Below, in pieces: positions 50,746 through 62,122 of a stretch of DNA of 64,000 bases. Numbering within the stretch: the first letter of the stretch is position 1; each line of letters starts with the position of its first letter. The stretch comes from Lingula anatina (lineage: Eukaryota; Animalia; Brachiopoda): assembly GCA_051362555.1 (NCBI GenBank), contig CM120643.1, positions 4,650,001 through 4,714,000 on the forward strand. Direction: 5' to 3'. The translations under genes and the position numbers were made by a program. The notes under the pieces were generated by a model. The model had not been told where the DNA came from, did not search any database, and worked only from the letters and a program-made list of their open reading frames with translations.

Positions 50746-51801
50746 TGTGTGTGTGGGTGTGTGTGTGTGTGTGTCGGAGTGGGGGACGTAGGTCGTGCGC
50801 GGGAATCTTCCTCTCTGGCAATTGTCATTGTTGACAGGTATGTAATGGTCCGGGAGAATAGAGGAAGTTGAGTTACAACAGGGTTAATGCTACAGTATTT
50901 GACATCAGAGTCTATCTCAACATGATTGTGACGTTGTCCATGAATTTCATCATATTGTGCTAGTGAAGACAGCGATAAATGATAGAGGGCGCTGATATGA
51001 TCATTTTTCTTATAATTTCTTTGGAGCATCATAACAATTTTTTTTTAAATACTCGGAACTTTTTGTACTGGTATCCAAATGTCATGAAAATCATTTATAT
51101 GAAAAAAAGAGTACCAAGTAACAGAGGTAACCGAACTTGCGGTCCCTGTATGCGAAACATTTTTTTTCTCTGGGAATTCACGTCGAGACGTTGTCAAGGA
51201 TCGAGAAGCCGAAACAACTGAAGCTTATTACTTGTAGATTTTTACCTACTTATAAAAACACGCTTTATATTAATGATCATGGGCCTATTTGATAAAAAAA
51301 AAAATATGGACTAAGAGGAACAGCTTTCCGTCTTTTTATACGTATAATTTATCGCGCGTTATCGTAAACGACTAAATGAACAATTGAATTCAAACCATCT
51401 CAGTTTCTACCGTTGACAGATATATGGCGGATATAGGGCGGACTGATTTGCAATGTATTGTTGATTTTCAGTTTTTTATCATTATTCTTCCTCGTCTATG
51501 TGCTGTCTTTATTTATTTGTTTTTAATTCCCGATTTATCTTTGATTCTTTTTATTCATGCATTTTTGGTGAGTAAATAATTCTTACGATATATTTCTTTT
51601 TCCTTTATTAATCTATTTGGTGGGCTATTACAGTTGTGACTGTTTTCATTATTTTCTATTTTTGGTACATACTGGCTGATGCATGATATATATATATATA
51701 TATATAATGAGATTTTCCTGCTTTTCTTTCCATTGTATAAGCCTTGCCTTAAAAATTCCAGTTCGGGGGAATATGTCCAGTGCGGACGGCTCCTAAAATT
51801 T
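46150..51801 (+). repeat. Segmental duplication copy B
   Basis: Starts at the L2 relic TTTAAACAGCTGCACTGGCTT (cf. 16765) and ends at TGTCCAGTGCGGACGGCTCCTA (cf. 20465), with copy-specific indels. Confidence 0.85.
48550..48610. repeat. (AAAT)n microsatellite
   Basis: Seen directly. Confidence 0.95.
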
Positions 51802-51946
51802 CAACAAAAAACATACAGAGCATACTACAACAGCTACCGAAAAGACAAACAGTTGTTGCTAGTTGAGTGGAATGTTTTCTCGTTATCTGTATTATTTGAT
51901 TTGTTTCTTTGCAAGAGATATGAAAATCAAACCCTTTCAAATATAT

Positions 51947-52006
51947 TGCATCGGCAATCAACCCGGGCGGCCGGCGTGGCAGGCGAGTATTCTACCACTG
52001 AACCAC
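51947..52006 (-). pseudogene. tRNA-Gly(GCC) pseudogene
   Basis: Minus strand GTGGTTCAGTGGTAGAATACTCGCCTGCCACGCCGGCCGCCCGGGTTGATTGCCGATGCA matches metazoan tRNA-Gly-GCC, but it lacks the 5' acceptor strand and has T-arm deletions. Confidence 0.85.
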
Positions 52007-52653
52007 ATAATAATTCACCAGAAATTTCGGTAACTTCACGTAATACCTTTCATTGTAGTCCGTAATTCCTTATAATACGTTAAGTCTAGAGAGGTAAAGT
52101 ATGCTTGTTGACTATTCTGATTAGGAAGTTAAGTTCAAGAAGCCATTGTCTTGGTTTGATATTAAAGAGTGTGATTCCCCACATATTGAGGGAATGTACC
52201 TGAGCAAGCAACGAGTGAATATTAAGTGATTGAAACTGGTTATTGTTGTCAACGTTGGATTTCCTCATAGCGATTTACACGTAAATATTTTGCCCACAAA
52301 TCTGGAAAGTAGTATTAAGGCGTTATCCAACCTAAAAGAATACAACGGTGTCCGTATTTCGACCCTGTTTGTAAATTTTATTCATTGCTAAATTTGCGCG
52401 GTTCCGGACAGTATGATTCCGCAATAGGACTCACCCCCACCCCACTTTCTCCAAATTCACTTGATATTATACATTAAAATAAGTTAATTTCCTATCATTT
52501 TAGTACACTTTAGTTAAAAACAAAGCGTAATTCTAAATTTTACAGCCTTGCTGTAAGTATCAGAACGTTTTTTTTTTTGGTTTGGTTATTCAAAGACTGA
52601 TGAGGGGAAGAAATGACGAAGGGACGTAAAGAGATGCCCTCTACCTTTGTACA

Positions 52654-52761
52654 TTTCAATTTCAATTTCAATTTATTAACCTTTAAGCCCTACGGCTCAT
52701 CAGAATATAAAACAGTGAAACTACTGTGAATACAATAATTACTACTGACACATGTATAAAC

Positions 52762-52803
<42 letters not shown>

Positions 52804-54150
52804 TCATCAAATTAACATTAATCTTAGTTCCGATGCACATTTCAGATATTTTCCCAAATTGTTTAATTGTGATACATTGTTAAGTGATAGTAATTTAATT
52901 AATTTAAAGACACTTGGCTTTGTATAATAAAATTTCTTAATATATTTCTGCCTTAACGTATTGTAGTGAGGGCATTTAAGAATAAAATGAAATTCATCCT
53001 CTACGTCGTTTAAATTGCATAACTTACAGGTTCTTAATTTCCTATTTGTATCTGTATATCGGCCAGTCTCTACAGCTAGATTATGTGATGAAAGCCTAAA
53101 TTTTGCGATAAATTCCTTACTTTTCTGTGAAATTGGCTTATTTAAGTAAAATTGCATTGTGAAATTATCGACAAGGTGTTGATACAGAAGCCCTTTACTG
53201 GCTGTGAATATTTCTCCTGTCAGTACTTGTCTAAAATGATCCTTCAATCTTTGTTCTATCAAAGACAGTATACAAACATCCGACATGTTTTCATAAAAAG
53301 TAAATGACAGACCCATTAATTCAAGGTCATTCCGTATACAATTTATCCACTCAAAATTATTGTTAAGGATATCTTTATAGCATGTTTGTATAATACAGTT
53401 TTTTGAAGAGCGGATTTTCAGCCAATATTTAAAAATTCTTAGTTTTCTACTTAAAATAAGTGGATATCGTCCAGTTTCATAATATACTAAGTTATTACTA
53501 GTGCTTCTTTTAACACCCAGCATTCTTTTCAAAAAATCAGTATGTACCTTTCTTATATCCTTTGCCTTATCAAATCCCCATATTTCTGATGCGTAATTTA
53601 AAATACTACCAACGTACGTATCAAATACTGCACACCTGGTGGACACATTAAAGTTATGGTTTTTTAACATGCTGCTAATAGCAAATAATGCTTTTTTACC
53701 CTGTTCTGCTATATGTTTTTGGGTTTGACAAAACTTTCCATTAAAATTAAAAAGTAATCCGAGATAACTAAATTGATTCACCCGTTCTAAGACAACACCG
53801 TTATATTTCCATTTCTCTTCAGCCCTTATCTTACCCCCATTTCTAAAGACCATTGTTTTTGTTTTTGCTGTATTAACCGTTAAATTCCAATTTTGTGAGT
53901 ATAAATTCAGGGTATCTAAAAGTTTTTGTAGTCCTTCAGGCGTTTCCGATAGAAGTACAGTATCATCTGCGTACATAAGTAAAAAAAGGTTTATGTCCTG
54001 TATTTCAATACTTTCACAATTTTCCGACAAGCAAAAAGTTTCAAAATCATTCACATACAAAGAATAAAGTAACGGGGACATTACCTCTCCTTGTAATAGA
54101 CCGGTGTGTATTTGGAAGTATTCAGATAGCTGACCGTTAAACTTAACGCA
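52654..54150 (-). mobile_element. 5'-truncated RTE-X-like LINE with an uninterrupted RT/C-terminal ORF
   Basis: GLLQGEVMSPLLY, LMYADD, YLG, SHNLAVETGRY, CKLC..EDEFHFILKC. The 3' end has a GAGCCGTAGGGCTT hairpin, AATAAA and a (TTGAAA)n tail. Confidence 0.9.
52807..54081 (-). CDS. LINE ORF2 fragment (reverse transcriptase C-half plus zinc knuckle), 424 aa
   Basis: YADD catalytic motif and CCHC-type C-terminus; no stops. Confidence 0.85.
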   Translation of the reverse strand: MSPLLYSLYVNDFETFCLSENCESIEIQDINLFLLMYADDTVLLSETPEGLQKLLDTLNLYSQNWNLTVNTAKTKTMVFRNGGKIRAEEKWKYNGVVLERVNQFSYLGLLFNFNGKFCQTQKHIAEQGKKALFAISSMLKNHNFNVSTRCAVFDTYVGSILNYASEIWGFDKAKDIRKVHTDFLKRMLGVKRSTSNNLVYYETGRYPLILSRKLRIFKYWLKIRSSKNCIIQTCYKDILNNNFEWINCIRNDLELMGLSFTFYENMSDVCILSLIEQRLKDHFRQVLTGEIFTASKGLLYQHLVDNFTMQFYLNKPISQKSKEFIAKFRLSSHNLAVETGRYTDTNRKLRTCKLCNLNDVEDEFHFILKCPHYNTLRQKYIKKFYYTKPSVFKLIKLLSLNNVSQLNNLGKYLKCASELRLMLI

Positions 54151-55042
54151 TTATGAGGAGAAAACCAAAAATTGGGTATTTTTTAATCTCTAGCATAGAT
54201 TTCTGGCAGGAAAAAAATTGCAAGGGATTCAATTTCATATTTATTATTTGTTAAAATAAAACGTTATTCAGTGTTGCATGTGGAATAATGATATTATACA
54301 TGTATAGGATATGTGATGAAACCTTGCATAAATAAATACCGGTACTTAAAATGACCGGGGAATCTATGAAGAGGTATAATACAACGTATAACGCGTGCAT
54401 GGAAGTATTAATGGCCTAATAATACATTGTAACTAGTTAATTACGCTAGTACATGGAAGTACATGGAAGTATTGACGAGTACATCCTCCCATAATCTCAG
54501 CAGATGATTTTCAAACTGCATGGCAAAATGCACACATTTAAATTTTTTATTAAAAAAAGAAAAAGATTTACCCTTCTTTCACTTATTACAATACTTTTTG
54601 GAGATAGCTCGTGCGGATAGATCTACTGGAGTTAAAAAGAATTATTATAAAATTTGGAGTTTAACGAATTTTAACGTCACAAATCTCATCACATCTCATT
54701 CTCTCTGTGTGACGTCATAATACTGCTTTGATGTATTGTATATTATGTCGGGAGATGGAGGGAGTGAAACTGTACTCATCTGTTCTTGCAAGCTCTTCGT
54801 CAAATACTGTATATAACAAAGGGAAATGTACCTTACAAAAATGTGTGGGATTAGTTTAAAATGGGTGTAGATACTGCAACAATTTTGAAATGAATTTTCA
54901 AATATTGAGCATTATTTTATATACTAAAAGTCATCATCCAATGATCGTGCGTCTTTGTTGTGACGTCACTTTGCGGGAGTCGTCTCCTCAGACAACCGTC
55001 ACACCGCAAACGAGTGATACACACTGTGTTGAACCGCGTTAG

Positions 55043-55048
<6 letters not shown>

Positions 55049-55099
<51 letters not shown>

Positions 55100-56650
55100 T
55101 ATGTCTGTTTCATCCAGGTAATGTCCCCTTAGGAATCATAAGTCAAAGGATTATATTGGCATTTTGAAGCCAGTCTTTAGCTCTTTCGTCTAACGATTTA
55201 AGTGAGTCCAACCCTGGGCACTGATGCAGCTGACAAGTCTCTACGATGTGGTTGGCTGTCTGTAGGAGGGCACCACACTCGAATGCTGGAGACTGACAGA
55301 GCCCCCATTTAAACATGTTAGCACGGAAACGGCCATGACCTGTTCTGATGCGGTTCAGTCGAGTCCATGATAGGCGATCCAGCTCATGTCCAGATGGTCG
55401 GGTGCTCACTTCAGGAATGAAGTCACGCAGTCTGCCATTTTGAAGGGCATCCCATTCCTTCTGCCATTTTACCATTCCCCATGTCTCTGTTGACATTTCA
55501 TTTTTGCTCTTCTCTAACTTTCGTAAGTGTGGAATCAGTGGAGCCCTTGAGGAAAGCCTGGTAAATTCCTCATCTTGACGGAGTCGCTGGAACAATAGAT
55601 GTCCTGGCTCATGTGCTCTGTTGGCCAGTTGGAGACAGCGGTGATCCCGTCTGATGTCTGGGGGAAGTATGCCGCTTAGCACCGGGAGATATGGTTTTGG
55701 TGTTGATCTCAGACACCCTGTGATAAGCCTCATGCTGTTGTTTAGGGCTGCATCAATTGTCTTTGTATGGCTACTCCTGCACCACACAGGGGCGCAATAT
55801 TCTGCAGTGGAGTAAGCCAGGGGAAGGGAAGTAGTTCTCAGGGTGGGAAAGTTTGCCCCCCAGGTAGTTCCTGCCAGCCTCTTCAAGAGGGTGTTTCTCG
55901 CTCCAACCTTTGCAGCAACCTTGTTGATGTGAGCCTTGTAGTTGAGGCTCCGATCCAATGTGATGCCAAGGTACTTCAGAAACTTTTCAAAAGGTATAAC
56001 GGTGTCACCACATCTCACTTCAAGTTCCTTGTTACTAAGTTTATTGGCCAGATGGAATAGGCTGCTGACTGTCTTGGTCTTGTTCATCTTTAGCCTCCAA
56101 TCACTAAAGTACTGATCAGTGTCTGTTAGATCCTGACTGAGTACATCATTGAGACCAGATATTGAGGTTCCAGAGGTCATGAAGGCGATGTCATCAGCAT
56201 AGATGTACTTTTCACTAACTGTTTTAGGTAAGTCAGAGGTGTAGATGTTGAAAAGTATTGGTGCTAGCACAGACCCTTGAGGTACACCATTTTTCAAGAA
56301 TTTCTTTCTGGTCCTCGACTCCCCAATATGCAGTCTGAAGCTGCGGTTTGTTATCATTTGGAGGATCATACGAGTCATGTGCCTGCTTGGCATACACTGG
56401 AGGAGCTTCAGTGCCAACCTTCGATGCCATACTGTGTCATATGCTGCGGATAGGTCTACTAGGACCAATCCAGCCTTTTCTTTCCGTTGAAAGGCATCTT
56501 CAATGTCTTGGGTAAGTCGAGCTGCCTGGTCTAGTGTTGAGAAACCCTTTCGGAAGCCTGCCTGCTCGTGTGGGAGTACCTCATCCACTATTGGATAGAT
56601 TCTATTGAGCAAGAGCCTTGCCATGATCATGATCATCCATGATCATCCAA
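55049..56650 (-). mobile_element. Vingi/Ingi-like (I group) LINE, 5'-truncated, 11-bp TSD GTTAGCATTCT
   Basis: TSD at 55038-55048 and 56651-56661; short 3' UTR ending CATACGC plus (AT)n; no RNase H recognised between the RT and the zinc knuckle. Confidence 0.85.
55143..56636 (-). CDS. LINE reverse transcriptase fragment, 497 aa
   Basis: QAGFRKG, DLSAAYDTVWH, GVPQGSVLAP, YADD, KYLGITLD, LNRIRTGHGR, ECG..QTANHIV..C. Confidence 0.9.
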   Translation of the reverse strand: MIMIMARLLLNRIYPIVDEVLPHEQAGFRKGFSTLDQAARLTQDIEDAFQRKEKAGLVLVDLSAAYDTVWHRRLALKLLQCMPSRHMTRMILQMITNRSFRLHIGESRTRKKFLKNGVPQGSVLAPILFNIYTSDLPKTVSEKYIYADDIAFMTSGTSISGLNDVLSQDLTDTDQYFSDWRLKMNKTKTVSSLFHLANKLSNKELEVRCGDTVIPFEKFLKYLGITLDRSLNYKAHINKVAAKVGARNTLLKRLAGTTWGANFPTLRTTSLPLAYSTAEYCAPVWCRSSHTKTIDAALNNSMRLITGCLRSTPKPYLPVLSGILPPDIRRDHRCLQLANRAHEPGHLLFQRLRQDEEFTRLSSRAPLIPHLRKLEKSKNEMSTETWGMVKWQKEWDALQNGRLRDFIPEVSTRPSGHELDRLSWTRLNRIRTGHGRFRANMFKWGLCQSPAFECGALLQTANHIVETCQLHQCPGLDSLKSLDERAKDWLQNANIIL

Positions 56651-57076
56651 GTTAGCATTCTGACCATTTACGAAGAAATTTCTGTCATTAAAGAAGAGCA
56701 ACATGCCATCAAGTGTAAGATTTTTAGATGTGTATTTGGTTGACAATAAAAAAAGTCAACAGATGATCCATGGATCAGTGAAAGAGAGGGTGGGAGGAAG
56801 GTGGAGAATAGAGGTCGGAAGCATTAATATCCTGAAGATGGTAAAGAATAAGCTGCCGCTTTTGTTGTTTCAAGAAGTTTTGTGCCAATGGCGCAGCGTT
56901 GAACTATTTTTTTTCTTGCCGTGCATAACTATATTTTTTTTAATACCTTCAGTGAAACAATTTTCGCTGCGAAACAATCTCTTCGCGGGTACGTGTCTTA
57001 CAACATAAGGTTTATTAGTTTTACTAAGAATTTGGGTACAAAATATACAAAGCATTTATATTTTCTTGATTTGTAG

Positions 57077-59130
57077 ACACGCAGAAAGTGCTTGGGATAA
57101 TCTCTTAGCTTGTTTCGGGCTGAGAAAAGGCTCTGGTAAGTTAATAGTGTTTCTAGTCTAACAACCGCTTTGAAGGAGGCAATACTGTATATTTAACAAA
57201 CAGTTGATACTCGTTTTATTGAAAATGTTTTAAATGTTGTAACTGTACCTAAACAAGCCGAAAGTTTTATCCGTAAAACTGACCAGGCATGCACCTTGTA
57301 TCCGCAGTCATGGCGAGGCCCCCACCCCAAGCACACACACACGTTTGAAGAGAAATGAATTACGCAATATTAACTTAAATGGATCATAGAGTTTTTGAAA
57401 TACTGTATATCACATCGTAAACCAAGCATGCTTTGTACACGATGAGTTTTTTCTGTGCTACATTGCCTTCGCGTATGTATGTAGGGAAGCATATCTTCGC
57501 ATTATTTTTTAAATTATGTTCCTTTATTGTTCTGTTTATTATTATTATTATTATTATTATTGAATTAAGTACAGTTACACGATGTACTGTTGTGCGTTGC
57601 AGCTCAAGGGAGAAGGAGTCCAGTGATACTGGACCGAGAGCTTCTAAGAAACTGGCCCGTTTTCGGCGCTGGTGTCAGAAGAAACTTAGAAGAGTATTTG
57701 CATTTATTTTCATTTAATGTTTCAAGTACCTTTGAATTTTCTTGCTGTATAAACAAATATGACGAAATATAGATAACTTTTTCCTCTTTCCTTACACACC
57801 TTATTTCTTCTCCCAATCTTTTCCTTTTTTCCTTCCTTCTCTGTATCTGTCTTTCTCTCTAGAACCCCTCAAGTTCAGCATCCTCCGGCGCATCCTCCTA
57901 TACTTCAGATTTACCTGAAATCCCACCATCCCATGCAGGAGAGGATCTAGGTAGGGTTTAACTTGCCGTTCAGAAATGTAGAGCTAGTTCTTTATTATTA
58001 GTATATAATAAACTACAGGACTTGTGCTCCCTTTCTTGCATTATAGAAACGATGGCTGTAAGCGTATTTCATTACTTAAATAGTTTAATCCCTGGCACAT
58101 TTGCAATATTATAACACCATCATCGACATTAGATGTTCTTCAGATGTTATAGATATTTATTGTAGAGGTGGAATCTGTAAGTTCTGAAGAGCTGTCAAAA
58201 TAGGAGATGTCCGGGATAGCCTTTTTTGAACATCTGCGCAGCAGATGACGTCAAACGAGACCTGGATTGGAGCGAGATTTCACGAGAGGTGGGGTTAAAA
58301 TCTGTCATTGAAACTTCTCTCGCGGTCAGGCACAAGTCTTTGTTTTAGGATTGCATTGAGTAAAATTTGGCGTTGTCATGTAATTTGAGATAGAGCAACG
58401 CAATGGCGAATTGCTAATGTTGTGTCGTAGGGTGCATTGCAGATAAAATAAAGCGAGAAAACCAGGAAAATGACTATGGATGACGGACACGACTGGCGAG
58501 AGAAGTGAAGTGAAGAAAGAGAAGTTGAGCTTGATTAGATTAAAAGGACTAAATGCCGAAATATTTAAAGTACAGATCAGGTCGCAGTATTTTGTAGAAA
58601 GAAAGGGACCAACTGCAGACAACTCGCACCCTGCAGGTCACTGGCTCCATGGCATCACCGTACAGACCGTCGGGTCCGTACAGACCGTCGGTCGAGGGGC
58701 ATATTAATAAGTAAGTTTTGTGTGTAGTTTACAGGACACCATGGTTTATTAATGTGATACAGCCCTAGTACTTGTGATTAATAGTCTTTTACGGTAACTA
58801 TATCAGACAAATTTGCTTGTACCATTCCTATCTCCATATAACGTGTACCTGATTATGAAATACTGGTGAACCTTCCACACCTATTAAGTATACACAATGT
58901 TCAGTTGTAACATTCCATGCCGGGTGGTCAGTTATGATAATTGCAATTTGCAAGTAAGGTGGAAATTAGAGTTGGTATTTTACAACAACGTTTATCACAT
59001 AATGATATATATTTCAGAAAACTAAGTGAGTTATTTTTTATTTATTTTAGAGCATGACAGACACAGCACATGTTATTGAACCAGTCAAGAACTGCGAGAG
59101 TCATGTGGTCAGGATAATCAGATGTTGAAG
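57077..59130 (+). other. Candidate multi-exon orphan gene or lncRNA
   Basis: Islands with AG/GT borders at 57077-57135, 57603-57693, 57863-57950, 58166-, 58598-58710 and 59051-. Three of them splice in frame. Confidence 0.35.
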
Positions 59131-60699
59131 ATTGCTCAGTGTATATTAATCTCTTATGTCCTTAGTTATTATGTTGTTTACTTAATTATATCAGGAGTCA
59201 ACAGATGGCATTTTTTTCTGTGTGTCACTTACAGTATCAGGCATTTTCTTTATTACTTTAAAATGAAATATTTGGTTTTATGAATATATATATATATGTA
59301 TATAGGCCTATGTATTGTACTGCACTAGTGATTTAATGAAGAAAATTATTTTACTTGCTAGTATCATTCTTATGTTACTGTAGTGACTTTTCTTAATAAC
59401 TATATGACACCTGTTTTTCATATCATTTACTTAGATCACAAATACAAGTTCGCCTGTGATGTGTTTATTTGTTGCATTTGTGTATAACTGTCAATAAAAT
59501 GCAATGATTTTGTGAAAATTTCAACTTATATGTTGTCCATTTTAATACTTTCTTTTGTCATCTTTCCTGTCATTTAAGTCGGATCTGATCACAATGAAAC
59601 TTACATTTTGTGAATGCTATCCATTAGTTTCTATAGCATCATTTTCATAAGTAAATAAATGAAGAAAATAAACCTTATGATCAAACTCGAGCCTTTTGAA
59701 TTAGTTACTATAAATTTAGTGAAATTAAATCAAAAATGCAGGCAAGTCTAATGTTCTGATATGGCATCCATCCAATGTGTAAGTTCAGCTATTTTTCAAG
59801 TAAAGAAATCGCTGCTCTACTTCCTTGTGGACTCCATATTTTAACCCCACCTCAAGGCAGATCTCGTAAAATCACGGGGAAACTTGGTCTTCTCGTTGAG
59901 AACCCGGACAGCCTCTATTGTGTAATAACCAGTCGGTGGTTATACACTTGCTTTGATTTCTTTTTCACCAATAAGTCAACTGAGACTAAGCAGGTATAGT
60001 TTTCTGCTACATGATTTATTCAACCGACTGAAGACTCAGGTCTCTTCTACCATCTCTCTCTGTGGTATCTATAACTCTGTCTCTCTCCCTGTCACTGCTT
60101 TTATACATGAACTTCATTTACATTTTAGATTAACTTGTATGATTGACATGCGACATGCCATGCCTTAAGACCTGCATTAACGAATATGTAAATCACATAT
60201 ATGAAAATTAGCTCTCAATACTCAAGGCATGCAAACTGTCATGTCTATATACATTTGAATAATTAAAACTTAAACAAATATGCATATCTCAGTATGCACA
60301 TTTGGAAGACTATCAGTACTAATTAACGGTTCACTACAATTGGATTCTCCCCACAATGCATCTAGAGGGACATACACCGTGGCCGTGTACCCCGGTGTCA
60401 TGTACCAGAAGGTCCCCCATGACAGAAAGTCGGACTCTGTATAATGGTGATTAGGTATAATATACAGGGTCCCCCGGACCCTGCATTTAAACGGACCCTA
60501 CGTTTCATGACTATCACAAAACACAGAGTCCGCCCGTCATACAGAAGAACTGGGTCTAAAAGCTAGGGTTCTACTGTAAAACAGTAGATATTTAGTAAAA
60601 GCGCTTTTAACTGACAATCTGGGTATAATAGAATTATAATAAAGCAAACCCTTGATGCAAGTAAATGTAATGTAACAAAACGGCGGTGGTTTGCACAAC

Positions 60700-60805
60700 G
60701 GCCTGGTGGTGTAGTGGACAGCGACACGTGTTATGAGACTACAATGATATCCAATGACAGGGAAGTATGCAGTAATTTAACAATGTGTTGGTTTGAGTCC
60801 CACAC
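60700..60805 (+). ncRNA. tRNA-like Pol III module inside the Ginger element
   Basis: A-box TGGTGTAGTGG (~60707) and B-box-like GGTTTGAGTCCC (~60790). Confidence 0.4.
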
Positions 60806-61022
60806 TAGAGTTGACTGTATAACGTCTCTATTTTCACTCTTGTTTTTTAAATCATTAGTTTTAAAAATATTCTACTTACTGTCTATGTATTGTGTTTCAT
60901 TCCGCAATAAAATGTGCTATACTCACTTTTTATTATATTTCATACCCTTTTTTTAAATAAAACTTACTTAAAATATTTTTCACACATATCCCATTGCATT
61001 GTGATGCTTTGTACTACATATT

Positions 61023-61725
61023 ATCACTTATCACCCACAGGCAAATGGACTAATAGGTGATTTAAACAGTATTAATAAATGTTTTCCTTTCTTTTGCTAT
61101 AAATAAATTTCATAAATACACTTTTACGACTTACACTCACGATATCATTATAAAGCAATCAATGTGGCAGCATAAGAGTAAAAGCATCATTCTATATTTC
61201 AGAGAGGTACAACCAGACTTTAAAGTCAATGATATCCAAATCTTGCAAAGATCCAAAAGAGTGGGATATGTACTTAGGGTCATGCAATTTTGCCTATAAC
61301 ACATCTGTGCAGGCCAGCACGAAAATGACACCTCATTTCCTTATGTTTGGAAAGTGAGCATGCTTTTTAAGTCGGATAAATAATTAATACTTAAAATGGC
61401 ACTTGTAAAATAAAAGTATTACAACATTATGTAAATCACTCTTCCTTAAATCTAACATTTACAACATAAAAATTTTTGTCATTTTAGTGAAGCAACTCTT
61501 CCAAATGAAGAAGTAAGGGACTTGCAACAAATAGACGAGGACGAAATAGACCCGCTGCCACGTATAGAATTGATTAAATTTTTAAATTGTAAGGCACGAC
61601 CAACAGCTATGGCCAGTATAGAAGAAGCTCAGGCAGAGCAAAAGAAAACCTACGACGGGAAACGTTGCAATGAATTAAGACATGATGTGGTGTTTATTTT
61701 TGTTTATTGTCATGCATTTATATCA

Positions 61726-61790
<65 letters not shown>

Positions 61791-62122
61791 CACTTGGGTT
61801 TTCAGTATCATTTTCATCAACTTGCATACCAAAATGGTTATATGCTCTTTCACGATAAAATATTATATTATTAACTGTTTTAAGTTTAAAGTTATTCTAT
61901 TTGCTTTTTCAGGAGTACCAGATTGGATGTAAAGTTTTGAAGTTGAACATGAGGCGCGCTGATAGAAAAGGAGGTAACGATGCTGACAGGTACATTGGCC
62001 CGTATATAGTGGTTGGAAAAGGAAAGCATGCTAGTTCGTACAGACTTAAGACGCAAGACAGGAAAACACTAAAGACGGCCGTTAGTGCTAAATTCCTAAA
62101 GAAGTATAATGAAAGGGCGTAA
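61023..62122 (+). CDS. Ginger1/GIN-type integrase C-terminal half; exons 61023-61056, 61203-61353, 61488-61689, 61913-62122
   Basis: Spliced: ITYHPQANGLI-E-RYNQTLKSMISK..EWDMYLG..FAYNTSVQASTKMTPHFLMFG-N-EATLP...AQAEQKKTYD...EYQIGCKVL..RYIGPYIV..KFLKKY. All three introns are GT-AG and phase-consistent. Confidence 0.85.

Noticed and set aside
51947-52006. Functional tRNA-Gly gene
   Set aside because: The 5' acceptor strand is missing and the T-arm is partly deleted.
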